52,389 nucleotides of DNA from Thermodesulfobacteriota bacterium (GTDB lineage: Bacteria > Desulfobacterota > Desulfobacteria > Desulfobacterales > SURF-7), in the NCBI GenBank assembly GCA_049320885.1, contig JBMORA010000057.1:1-52389 (forward strand), given 5' to 3'. The notes under the pieces were generated by a model that was not told the origin of the DNA, made no database searches, and was given only the letters and a program-made list of their open reading frames with translations. Shown here one piece after another: positions 10,574-19,171 of this stretch; position 1 is the stretch's first letter, and every line of letters starts with the position of its first letter. The translations under genes and the position numbers were made by a program.

Positions 10574-12470
10574 GGATGGTATCGTTATCTACCGCACCCA
10601 TTCAAACAACTTCCACTTAAAGCAGCCATTGGACCAACCACTCCTTCAATCTGAAACACGGCCGCTTCAATTCGCGGGGGGAAAAGCCTTCACCGTGGTC
10701 GTTTTCGCGGTTTGCCTCATTTCCCTGATAGCCGTCAATGCAGGGCATATCGCCGATCCTCCTTACTGGGACAGCATTTTTGTTTACAGTCAAGCCGCGT
10801 GGTTGAAGGATCACGATTTCGATGTACCGGAACTCGCCCGTCAACCCGGATACGAGGAAGGCGGCCCCCATATCAATTACATGTATGCGCTCGTCCTGGG
10901 GATAGCAGTGTTATACCGGTTTTTAAGCCCCCCGCTTGTTTTCTTGGTCATGCACGTTTTTACGTTTTTCTGCGCCGCGCTTCTGTGCACCTGGTTCCTT
11001 CGCCTGCTTATCGATTTTATCAAACCCCTGCCCGCCGTTCTCTGGTGCCTTGCCGCGGTTTCCCAGCCCATCCTCAGCGGGCAGTCGGCCGCCATCTACC
11101 TGGAACTACCCCTAGCCGCAGGGACCGGAGCGATCATTCTCGCCCTGCATCGGCAGAACTATTTCACCGTTTTCGTTGTCAGCATCCTGATGTACTTTAT
11201 TAAACCGTCCATCATGATTCTGGGCCTGGCTTTATTCGGTTTCGCCTGGGTCAACGTCTGCCTGGAAAGGTGGATGCCCCTGTCATCGGATGATGCTGCA
11301 AAGTCTGGCGTATGGTGGCTGATGGTCCCTTTCCCCGCATATTGGATGCTTGAAAAAATCCGGGTTTCCAGCATGCCCACCGAACTGCATTTCGACTTCC
11401 TGACCGCCAATTTCCGATATCTTTGGGGCGGCTGCCCGGATCTGATGGTGATCAGCGCGGCAGCGGTGATCCTGGCCACTATAGACACGTTCACCCAATG
11501 GCCGCTGATCATCAGAGACCGACTCAAGCGAAATCGGTTCTATCTGATCCTGCTGCTCGGTCTTTTCATTTTTGGATTCTGGATCAGTCTCTTGCTGTTC
11601 CAAAACCCCTTGTATCGGTACAGCACATTCATCGTATTCCCTCTGTTCGGCCTCCTCGCAATCCTTTCCACCAAAGCCGTACCCCAAGGTGCGACCCTTC
11701 CAGCCCTGTTCTTTATCGTTTTCCACCTGCTGAACCAATGGGGTGCCTTTTTGCCTTCCCCACCGGAATCCTTGCGCAGAAGCGGTGAAACCCTGGAACG
11801 AAGCAGGGAATATCTTGAAGATCTCAAAGCCCATCAAGCCCTTTTCCGCACCATCCAGCAAGACCTGAAAGACCGAAATATAGCGGCCAAATATCCATAC
11901 ATCCAAATGCTGACCATGCCCGAACTCGGTTATGTGGAAAAGCCCCTTCCCCACGTTTTTTCCGTCACGATTCATCCCGATTACACGCCGGCGCGAATGA
12001 TCACCTCTCCAGTGTTGTTCGATCCGGATACGGTATATTTCTATGCCCAGAACATTTTCGAAGCGACTTTCAGTCCCTCGCTGACGCCAGGACCTCACGA
12101 TGCCATTCTTGCCATGGACGGGAGTTTGGGGGGAGTCCTCACGCTGTATGAACGCGGAAGGGATTGGCTCAATCCCATGAACAACCCCCGGCAGGCAAAA
12201 GACTGGACCACCATGTTATACGGGTACGGCAATTTGCTGCTGTCAAAAAAGGATTACCATAAAGCGGTCGAATATTATACGGAGGCCCTGAGCCTGAATA
12301 CGCCGTTCAGTGATCTTTACAACAACTTGGGAGCCGCGCTCTTCCGGCTCCGGAAATATGATGAGGCTGCGCGTCAGTTTCAAAAAACTCTTGAACTCGA
12401 ACCCGGTTCCGTCGAAGCCGGACATAATCTCCGGGAGTGTATCCGCTTCCTTGAAAGAGAAAATAGCTAA
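10545..12470 (+). CDS. Multi-pass membrane protein with C-terminal TPRs, probable GT-C glycosyltransferase
   Basis: About 10 hydrophobic segments; acidic DPPYWD loop after TM1; late PLYRY motif; TPRs (YNNLGAALFRL...A...FQKTLELEP). Start uncertain. Confidence 0.6.
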   Translation: MALLGIQLLRDGIVIYRTHSNNFHLKQPLDQPLLQSETRPLQFAGGKAFTVVVFAVCLISLIAVNAGHIADPPYWDSIFVYSQAAWLKDHDFDVPELARQPGYEEGGPHINYMYALVLGIAVLYRFLSPPLVFLVMHVFTFFCAALLCTWFLRLLIDFIKPLPAVLWCLAAVSQPILSGQSAAIYLELPLAAGTGAIILALHRQNYFTVFVVSILMYFIKPSIMILGLALFGFAWVNVCLERWMPLSSDDAAKSGVWWLMVPFPAYWMLEKIRVSSMPTELHFDFLTANFRYLWGGCPDLMVISAAAVILATIDTFTQWPLIIRDRLKRNRFYLILLLGLFIFGFWISLLLFQNPLYRYSTFIVFPLFGLLAILSTKAVPQGATLPALFFIVFHLLNQWGAFLPSPPESLRRSGETLERSREYLEDLKAHQALFRTIQQDLKDRNIAAKYPYIQMLTMPELGYVEKPLPHVFSVTIHPDYTPARMITSPVLFDPDTVYFYAQNIFEATFSPSLTPGPHDAILAMDGSLGGVLTLYERGRDWLNPMNNPRQAKDWTTMLYGYGNLLLSKKDYHKAVEYYTEALSLNTPFSDLYNNLGAALFRLRKYDEAARQFQKTLELEPGSVEAGHNLRECIRFLERENS

Positions 12471-13527
12471 CATCCAGTCCTTCCGTGGTGTTGCGGTGCT
12501 GCTGGTCCTGCTGTTCCATATGATGCTGATGGAAAAGAAATGGGGTGGAGGCAACCGCTTACTAGGTGATTTCCTGTACGTAGCCCAGTCCGGGGTCGAT
12601 CTTTTCTTTGTCATCAGCGGCTTTATCATGTCCGCCATCACCCGCGACCGATTTCAGGAACCGGCTGCCGTCATGGAATTCGCCTACAACCGCTTGACGC
12701 GGATATATCCGGCCTACTGGTTTTATAGTCTGCTCCTAGCGGCCGTCTACTGCGTCCGGCCGGAACTGATCAACCCCTCCATGGGGAACCGGGTCAATTT
12801 CATCGCCTCCTTTCTGCTGCTCCCTCAGGAAACATTGCCGTTATTGATGGTGGGTTGGACCTTGGTATATGAAATGTATTTTTATTTCATTTTCGCCGTG
12901 CTCATGCTGGCACCACGGCGGCATGTGTCGAAATTCATGCTTTTGTGGGCCGCTTTCGTCATCGTCGCAGTTCTTCTCGAAACCCCGCCGGCCACCCGCA
13001 ACATGATTTCTCCCCATACCCTTCTCACCTCTCCCCTTTGCATCGAGTTTATCGGCGGCGCCCTGATCGCGAATCTAATCCTCAGCGGCTTTCATCAATG
13101 GCGGCGAACTTGTTTCGCCATCGGCGGAATCGCACTGATCGGTGCGAGTTTCTACGCCTGGGCCTGCCCCGGTGTCACCATCATCAATCCCATGCATCGA
13201 CTGATTCTTTTTGGCTTACCCTATATGGCCATGATCTATGGCGCGGTGGCGTTGGAACAAACCAACGGCTTTCTGTTCGCCGCTTTCCTCCGACCGATCG
13301 GAGATGCGTCTTATTCCATCTATCTGTCCCATACGGTGGTCATCAACACCGTCGGCTGGCTCTGGTATGTATTGGCGCGAAATTCATCAAATCTCTTATG
13401 GCTGGTGCTGATGCTGGCGGCTTCCCTCGCCGCCGGCATCGCGAGCTATCAGTATCTTGAAAAGCCGCTGCTCCGGTTTTTCAAGAAATTCAAACCCGTA
13501 TATCGACCGTATCTGAAGCAGCGATGA
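12451..13527 (+). CDS. Acyltransferase-3 family membrane O-acyltransferase (ExoZ/OafA-like)
   Basis: IQSFRGVAVLLV..FH, GVDLFFVISGFIM, RLTRIYP, WTLVYEMYFY, GDASYSIYLSH, YLEKP. Start taken at TTG 12451 (uncertain). Confidence 0.9.
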   Translation: MKEKIANIQSFRGVAVLLVLLFHMMLMEKKWGGGNRLLGDFLYVAQSGVDLFFVISGFIMSAITRDRFQEPAAVMEFAYNRLTRIYPAYWFYSLLLAAVYCVRPELINPSMGNRVNFIASFLLLPQETLPLLMVGWTLVYEMYFYFIFAVLMLAPRRHVSKFMLLWAAFVIVAVLLETPPATRNMISPHTLLTSPLCIEFIGGALIANLILSGFHQWRRTCFAIGGIALIGASFYAWACPGVTIINPMHRLILFGLPYMAMIYGAVALEQTNGFLFAAFLRPIGDASYSIYLSHTVVINTVGWLWYVLARNSSNLLWLVLMLAASLAAGIASYQYLEKPLLRFFKKFKPVYRPYLKQR

Positions 13528-13557
13528 TTCACCATTTACCAGCGAATAGTTGCAAAC

Positions 13558-14283
13558 ATGAAAAAATGCATCATCATTCCGGCTTTTAATGAAGAAAACA
13601 ACATTGCGAATGTGATAGCAGGCATCCGCGAACACAGCGACGCCGATATCGTTGTGATCAATGACGGCAGTCACGATGAAACCGCCCAAAAAGCTAGGGA
13701 GGCCGGCGCTTATGTCATCTCCCATCCGTTCAACATGAAATACGGCGTGACGCTGCAGACCGGATATAAATTCGCCCTGAAAAACGGCTACGACATCCTG
13801 TTGCAGATGGACGGAGACGGACAGCATCTACCGGGATCCATTCCGTTATTTTTCGAAGTATTGGAAAAAGGAGAATGCGATGTCCTTGTCGGCTCACGAT
13901 TTTTGGGAGAGGGCGGTTATCATCCGGGCCTTCTCAAAAGTATCGGAATCGGGATGTTCAAAATCATCATCCGCATCATGAACGGGGTGCGCATCACCGA
14001 CCCGACATCGGGTTATCAGTGCATCAACCGAAAAGTGTTTTCCATTTTCACAGATGACAGCTTCCCCTGTGACTATCCGGACACCAACGTCATTATCCGT
14101 CTGCACCGCATGGGCTTTGTCGTCAAGGAACTCCCGGTCAATATGCGGCCCAATCCAGAGGGACGCAGCATGCATCGCGGGGCCTTCAAGATCATTTATT
14201 ATTTTTTCACCATGTCTCTTTCCATTTTCATCACCATGATCAGTGACCGGGAATACTTACGGAAAAAAGGAGGCCGCTCATGA
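13558..14283 (+). CDS. DPM1-like GT2 polyprenol-phosphate glycosyltransferase
   Basis: IIPAFNEE, NDGSHDET, QTGYKFA, MDGDGQH, GSRF, TDPTSG; followed by a DUF2304-like gene. Confidence 0.88.
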   Translation: MKKCIIIPAFNEENNIANVIAGIREHSDADIVVINDGSHDETAQKAREAGAYVISHPFNMKYGVTLQTGYKFALKNGYDILLQMDGDGQHLPGSIPLFFEVLEKGECDVLVGSRFLGEGGYHPGLLKSIGIGMFKIIIRIMNGVRITDPTSGYQCINRKVFSIFTDDSFPCDYPDTNVIIRLHRMGFVVKELPVNMRPNPEGRSMHRGAFKIIYYFFTMSLSIFITMISDREYLRKKGGRS

Positions 14284-14663
14284 CGCTTTCCCAGACCGCC
14301 TTCGGTGTCGCCGTGGTGTTTGTGATTTTTTTCACCATCATCTATTTGGTCAAGAAAGGCAGACTGCGTGAAGAATACTCATGGATGTGGCTGCTAACCG
14401 GCTTGATTTTATTCATCGTCGTTTTGCGTTATGATATTCTGGTCGAAATCAGTCAATGGATCGGCGCCGTTTCTCCAGCAAACACCTTATTCCTTTTTGG
14501 TATTATCTTTCTGATTTTTTTGTCGCTGCATTTTGCCATCAAGATATCCGTTTTGACCTATGAAGTCAAAAACCTGGCTCAAAAAATCAGTATTCTAGAA
14601 GCCGAATATGAGCAGGGAAAGCCGGACCGTAACTGCCAACCAGATCGGCGCCTGAAGCCGTGA
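14280..14663 (+). CDS. DUF2304-like small membrane protein (activator partner of polyprenol-P glycosyltransferase)
   Basis: Three TM segments, KGRLREEYSWMW, IGAVSPANTLF, ISVL..EVKNLAQKISILE; ATGA overlap with the GT2 gene. Confidence 0.82.
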   Translation: MTLSQTAFGVAVVFVIFFTIIYLVKKGRLREEYSWMWLLTGLILFIVVLRYDILVEISQWIGAVSPANTLFLFGIIFLIFLSLHFAIKISVLTYEVKNLAQKISILEAEYEQGKPDRNCQPDRRLKP

Positions 14664-15457
14664 AAAATCCAGCATCCACCGATTGCCACACTTTTGTCGT
14701 CCTTGCCTACGGGGATTCTCCGTATATCGATGCTTGCATCCGCTCCCTGATATCCCAAACGATCCGAAGTCGTATCGTTATTTCCACTTCTACGGTCTCG
14801 CCTTTTCTATATGAAACAGCAGAACGATACGACCTGCCTCTGCATATCGGGAAATCCTCTACCTGTATCGCCGAAGACTGGAGCTTCGCCTTCAATCTGG
14901 CACAAACTCCCTATCTCACGCTGGCCCATCAGGATGATCTCTATTCATCAAACTACACGGAATGCTGCCTGAACGAGATGAGGAATCCGGAGACAGTATT
15001 GGTTTTCAGCGATTATGCGGAACTGATAAGCAACCTCACTCGACGGATGAGCGTCTTATTAGGTATCAAGCGACTCATCCTGAGCTTATTTTTTATATGG
15101 AAAAACAGAGTTCGTTCGCCGATGCTTAAAAAATGGATGCTCGCCATCGGCAACCCCATCTGTTGCCCTTCCATCATGTACAACAAAGATAAAATCGGTG
15201 ACTTTACCTTCAACACGGATTTCATCATGAATCTGGATTGGGATGCAACTCTGCGAATGGCTGAAATTCCAGGGAATTTCGTCTATATCCGAAGGATACT
15301 GCTTACAAGGAGACTCCACCCGGAATCAGGAACCGCGCATGCCACGAAATCCGATGCCAGAAGCCGGGAAGACCTGAAGATCATTCGACGATACTGGCCG
15401 AAATTTCTCGCTGACATATATTGCCGGGTATATTCCATCAGCCACAAATTAAATTAA
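14660..15457 (+). CDS. GT2 family glycosyltransferase
   Basis: HTFVVLAY, CIRSLISQT, LAHQDD (DxD-like), NPICCPS, LDWD; GTG start overlapping the upstream stop. Confidence 0.8.
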   Translation: MKNPASTDCHTFVVLAYGDSPYIDACIRSLISQTIRSRIVISTSTVSPFLYETAERYDLPLHIGKSSTCIAEDWSFAFNLAQTPYLTLAHQDDLYSSNYTECCLNEMRNPETVLVFSDYAELISNLTRRMSVLLGIKRLILSLFFIWKNRVRSPMLKKWMLAIGNPICCPSIMYNKDKIGDFTFNTDFIMNLDWDATLRMAEIPGNFVYIRRILLTRRLHPESGTAHATKSDARSREDLKIIRRYWPKFLADIYCRVYSISHKLN

Positions 15458-15467
15458 TGGGTATCCC

Positions 15468-17309
15468 ATGACATCCACGATACAATATCAGGAAAAAAAA
15501 TCCGCGGCGGGCGTTATCGCGGACAAAATAAAATTCTGGAAAAAAACCGCTCTCTGCCTGCTGTTGGCGCTGGCGATAACGACGATTTATTGGCCCCTGA
15601 AAAACCATGAATTCATAAAATTCGATACACCGGTTTATGTTTCCGCCAATCCGGATATCTATCCGGGCTTGACGCTGAAGGGTTTGAAACGCGCTTTCCG
15701 TTTTTCGAAACCCGGGGAACACATGTATTACCATCCCCTTGCACTGGTATCCCACATGATTGATTGCGAATTTTTCGGACTCCAACCAGCCGGTCATAAG
15801 ATGATGAACCTCGGATTTCATGTTTTCAATAGCCTGCTCTTGTTTCTTTTTCTTACAAACACCACCGGGCACATCTTTGCCAGCGCATTGGCCGCCGGTA
15901 TCTTTGCCCTGCATCCGCTCCAATTGGAAACCGTTGCGTGGGTGGCGGAACGGAAAAATCTTCTCAGCACCACCTTCTGGCTTCTGACCATGCATGCTTA
16001 TGCCAGCTATGTCCGGAAACCGAATGGGTATCAATATGCCCTGATGAGCACGTGTTTTTTTCTGGGGCTGCTGTCAAAACCCATGCTCGTGACGCTTCCT
16101 TTCTCACTTCTGCTTTTGGATATTTGGCCGTTAAAGCGGTTGCGATTTTCAGAAAATTCAGCAGATGGGAACACTGCAAAACCGTTGATAGGGCGGCTGC
16201 TTGATTGTATCAGCGGCAATCTGTACTTGCTCCGGGAAAAAATCCTTCTCTTCCTGATCGCTTTCATATGGTTGTTTGTCAGCATCCGTGCGGCGGATCA
16301 GCTCATGGGAACCCCATCCACTTTTTCGGTTCCCATGAAACTGAGAATCACCCATGCACTGGTGGCTTATTTCGACTATCTTGCAAAATTTTTCTTTCCT
16401 GTGGACCTTGCCATCTTTTACCCATATCCTGAGACATTGCCTCCCTTATGGCAAATATTCGGAGCAACTGCCCTCCTGCTGATATTCACGGGCATTGCTT
16501 TTTGGAATAGTAAAAAGGCCCCTTGGTTTGCAGCCGGCTGGTTGTGGTTTCTTGGAACACTTGTGCCGGTTTCCGGAATCACCCAGCAAGGCTTATGGCC
16601 GGCCATGGCGGATCGGTGGATGTATGTCCCTATGATCGGTATCCTTATCGTGTTCAGCGGATATCTGACCATGTTTGACCAGAAAAAAAAGACGGCTAAA
16701 ATGGTCGGGCTTTTTTTCGTTTCCCTTTGCTTTCTCGTAATTATGGGTGCCCTCACCAGATCCAATCTTCGCTACTGGAACAATCACCGTTCCCTGTTTG
16801 AACATGCCGTTCAGGCAACCGGTAATAATTATTTTGCCCATTATTCATTGGGCGAAGAACTGTTCCATCAAAATCAAACCGAAGAGGCTCTATACCATCT
16901 AAGGAAAGCGGAACAATATAATCCGGATTATTTCTATACCCACATCGCCATCGGTCGTGTCCTGCTTTCTCTGAATAAAAACAAAGAAGCAATATCATTC
17001 CTTCAAAAGGCATTATCCCTGAAAGTCGATAATGACGCCACCTACTTTCTCCTAGGGCTTGCATACTATAAAACCGGTCAGAATGAACTGGCGCTGCAAT
17101 TCTTCCAAAACGCGGCCAGAATCCGCCCAAATCATGCATTGTATCATAACGGAATCGGGATGGCGCTCGCCGGGGCAGGGGACTTCCAAACCGCTTCCCT
17201 TCATTTCCGGAAAGCGCTTTCACTTGAACCGCAAAACCCTACCGCAAATTACTATATAGGATATATAAACAATAGGAATGACATCGCGAAGGGATCGGAC
17301 AAACAATGA
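15468..17309 (+). CDS. TMTC-like GT-C membrane glycosyltransferase with TPRs (paralog 1)
   Basis: YYHPL, FALHPLQLETVAWVAERKN, SKPMLVTLP, DLAIFYPYP, MADRWMYVP, then ~4-5 TPRs; first-loop motif reads FDT rather than FDD. Confidence 0.8.
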   Translation: MTSTIQYQEKKSAAGVIADKIKFWKKTALCLLLALAITTIYWPLKNHEFIKFDTPVYVSANPDIYPGLTLKGLKRAFRFSKPGEHMYYHPLALVSHMIDCEFFGLQPAGHKMMNLGFHVFNSLLLFLFLTNTTGHIFASALAAGIFALHPLQLETVAWVAERKNLLSTTFWLLTMHAYASYVRKPNGYQYALMSTCFFLGLLSKPMLVTLPFSLLLLDIWPLKRLRFSENSADGNTAKPLIGRLLDCISGNLYLLREKILLFLIAFIWLFVSIRAADQLMGTPSTFSVPMKLRITHALVAYFDYLAKFFFPVDLAIFYPYPETLPPLWQIFGATALLLIFTGIAFWNSKKAPWFAAGWLWFLGTLVPVSGITQQGLWPAMADRWMYVPMIGILIVFSGYLTMFDQKKKTAKMVGLFFVSLCFLVIMGALTRSNLRYWNNHRSLFEHAVQATGNNYFAHYSLGEELFHQNQTEEALYHLRKAEQYNPDYFYTHIAIGRVLLSLNKNKEAISFLQKALSLKVDNDATYFLLGLAYYKTGQNELALQFFQNAARIRPNHALYHNGIGMALAGAGDFQTASLHFRKALSLEPQNPTANYYIGYINNRNDIAKGSDKQ

Positions 17310-19090
17310 CCGTTTCAATCGGCACAAGTAAAGCCGGATTCATATTCAGCTGTCTGATCCTGTTACTAATAACGGTCCCGGTCTACTGGCCGGTGATGAA
17401 TCACGGTTTTGTCAAATTCGATGATAATGTATATGTCACCGGAAATAAAGAAATCAATTCCGGAATCACCCTAAAAGGATTGGCCAGGGCTTTCCGGTTT
17501 CCCAGGGAAGGCGACAGAACCTATTATCATCCACTGGCATATATATCCCACATGGTGGACTGCGAGCTTTTCGGTTTGAATCCTTCCGGTCATCATTTGA
17601 TGAATCTTGGATTCCATATCGCCAATACCCTTCTCCTTCTCGGCATTCTTTTCAGAACGGGCATCCGTCTCCCCACCGCAACAATCATCGCCGCCATTTT
17701 CGCCCTGCATCCGCTGCAGGTGGAATCAGTGGCCTGGGTGGCCGAACGCAAGAACCTTCTCAGCACTTTCTTCTGGCTGCTTGCAATTGTGACCTATATT
17801 CATCATGTTAAAAAATGGAATAAGTTCAACGGCATTCTGCTGCTGTTGTTCTTTTCGCTGGGCCTTCTCACAAAACCAGTCTTGATGACCCTTCCCTTCA
17901 CATTACTGTTACTGGATCTTTGGCCTCTTGAACGCTTCCGCTTTCCTGCCGATAACAAGGGTCGTCCTTTTCCCATCCGTTGCTTGGCCTTCCTGCGTCT
18001 CAATATACAGCTGTTTCGTGAAAAATTTCCCTTGTTCTTGGTGTCAGGTTTATGGTTTTTAATCAGTATGCATGCGGCCTCCCGTCTCAATGAAAGCCCG
18101 CTGACATTAGATATTCCCATGGATTTACGCTTGGCAAACGCGCTCGTTTCGTATGTCAGATACATTTTGAACTTTTTCTGGCCCTTTGACCTTGCCGTAT
18201 TCTATCCTTACCCGCGATTCATGATACCGCTATGGCAAATCTGGGGAGCAATAGCTTTATTGGTACTCATCACCATTGGGGCCATTCGGCAACTCCCTGC
18301 AAATCCTTCAGTTGCCACCGGCTGGTTCTGGTTTGCCGGGACTTTATTTCCGGCAATGGGCTTAACGCAAACCGGATTATGGCCTGCAATGGCGGACCGC
18401 TGGATGTACGTTCCCATGATAGGTATTCTCCTGATCTTTACCGCAGCCATGGAAAAAATGACATCCAATCGGAGTCATAAAATCATCCTCTGCTCATCAG
18501 CTGCGATTCTTCTGATGGTTTCCGTACTCACTCGTCTGCAGGTCTATCATTGGTCCAGTCAAACAACTTTATTTCATCATGCCGCTGCTGTTGTCCCGAA
18601 TAATCATTACGCCCACTATTGCATTGGCCTGGAGTTGCTGGAAGACAACAAAGATGCCGAGGCACTGGATCAATTTTCCATTGCCATGAAGTATAACCCC
18701 GATTCCTTTTTGACCAAGGTGGCCATGGGCCAGGCCCTTATCGCCATGAACGAATATGCGAAAGCAATGCATTATCTCCAGTCAGCGTTAAAAGCTCGAC
18801 CGAATCACGATCCGGCATTATTTCTTCTGGGGTTGGCATATTTGAATACCGGCCACCCGGATACCGCGATACATTTTTTCAATTCCGCGCTGGTCATCAA
18901 CCCCGACATGCCATTGTATCATAACGGATTGGGCTTGGCCTTCATAAAAACCGGCAATATGCCCCTCGCCATTAACAGCTTTCGTGCATCCTTATCGATT
19001 GATCCCCACGACCGGGATGCAACAAAATATTTGACCTCTATTTTCAATAACCAAGAAGCAGATAACGAAACAGCAGGTCAACAACCGTGA
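17306..19090 (+). CDS. TMTC-like GT-C membrane glycosyltransferase with TPRs (paralog 2)
   Basis: FDDNVYV, YYHPL, FALHPLQVESVAWVAERKN, MADRWMYVP, TPRs; closely similar to paralog 1. Confidence 0.82.
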   Translation: MTVSIGTSKAGFIFSCLILLLITVPVYWPVMNHGFVKFDDNVYVTGNKEINSGITLKGLARAFRFPREGDRTYYHPLAYISHMVDCELFGLNPSGHHLMNLGFHIANTLLLLGILFRTGIRLPTATIIAAIFALHPLQVESVAWVAERKNLLSTFFWLLAIVTYIHHVKKWNKFNGILLLLFFSLGLLTKPVLMTLPFTLLLLDLWPLERFRFPADNKGRPFPIRCLAFLRLNIQLFREKFPLFLVSGLWFLISMHAASRLNESPLTLDIPMDLRLANALVSYVRYILNFFWPFDLAVFYPYPRFMIPLWQIWGAIALLVLITIGAIRQLPANPSVATGWFWFAGTLFPAMGLTQTGLWPAMADRWMYVPMIGILLIFTAAMEKMTSNRSHKIILCSSAAILLMVSVLTRLQVYHWSSQTTLFHHAAAVVPNNHYAHYCIGLELLEDNKDAEALDQFSIAMKYNPDSFLTKVAMGQALIAMNEYAKAMHYLQSALKARPNHDPALFLLGLAYLNTGHPDTAIHFFNSALVINPDMPLYHNGLGLAFIKTGNMPLAINSFRASLSIDPHDRDATKYLTSIFNNQEADNETAGQQP

Positions 19091-19171
19091 TCATGTTGCA
19101 TCTTGCATTGATGGTATTACTTGAATTGGATTTTCGAAAAACAACGTCATAAACATACGCGTGCGGTGATC

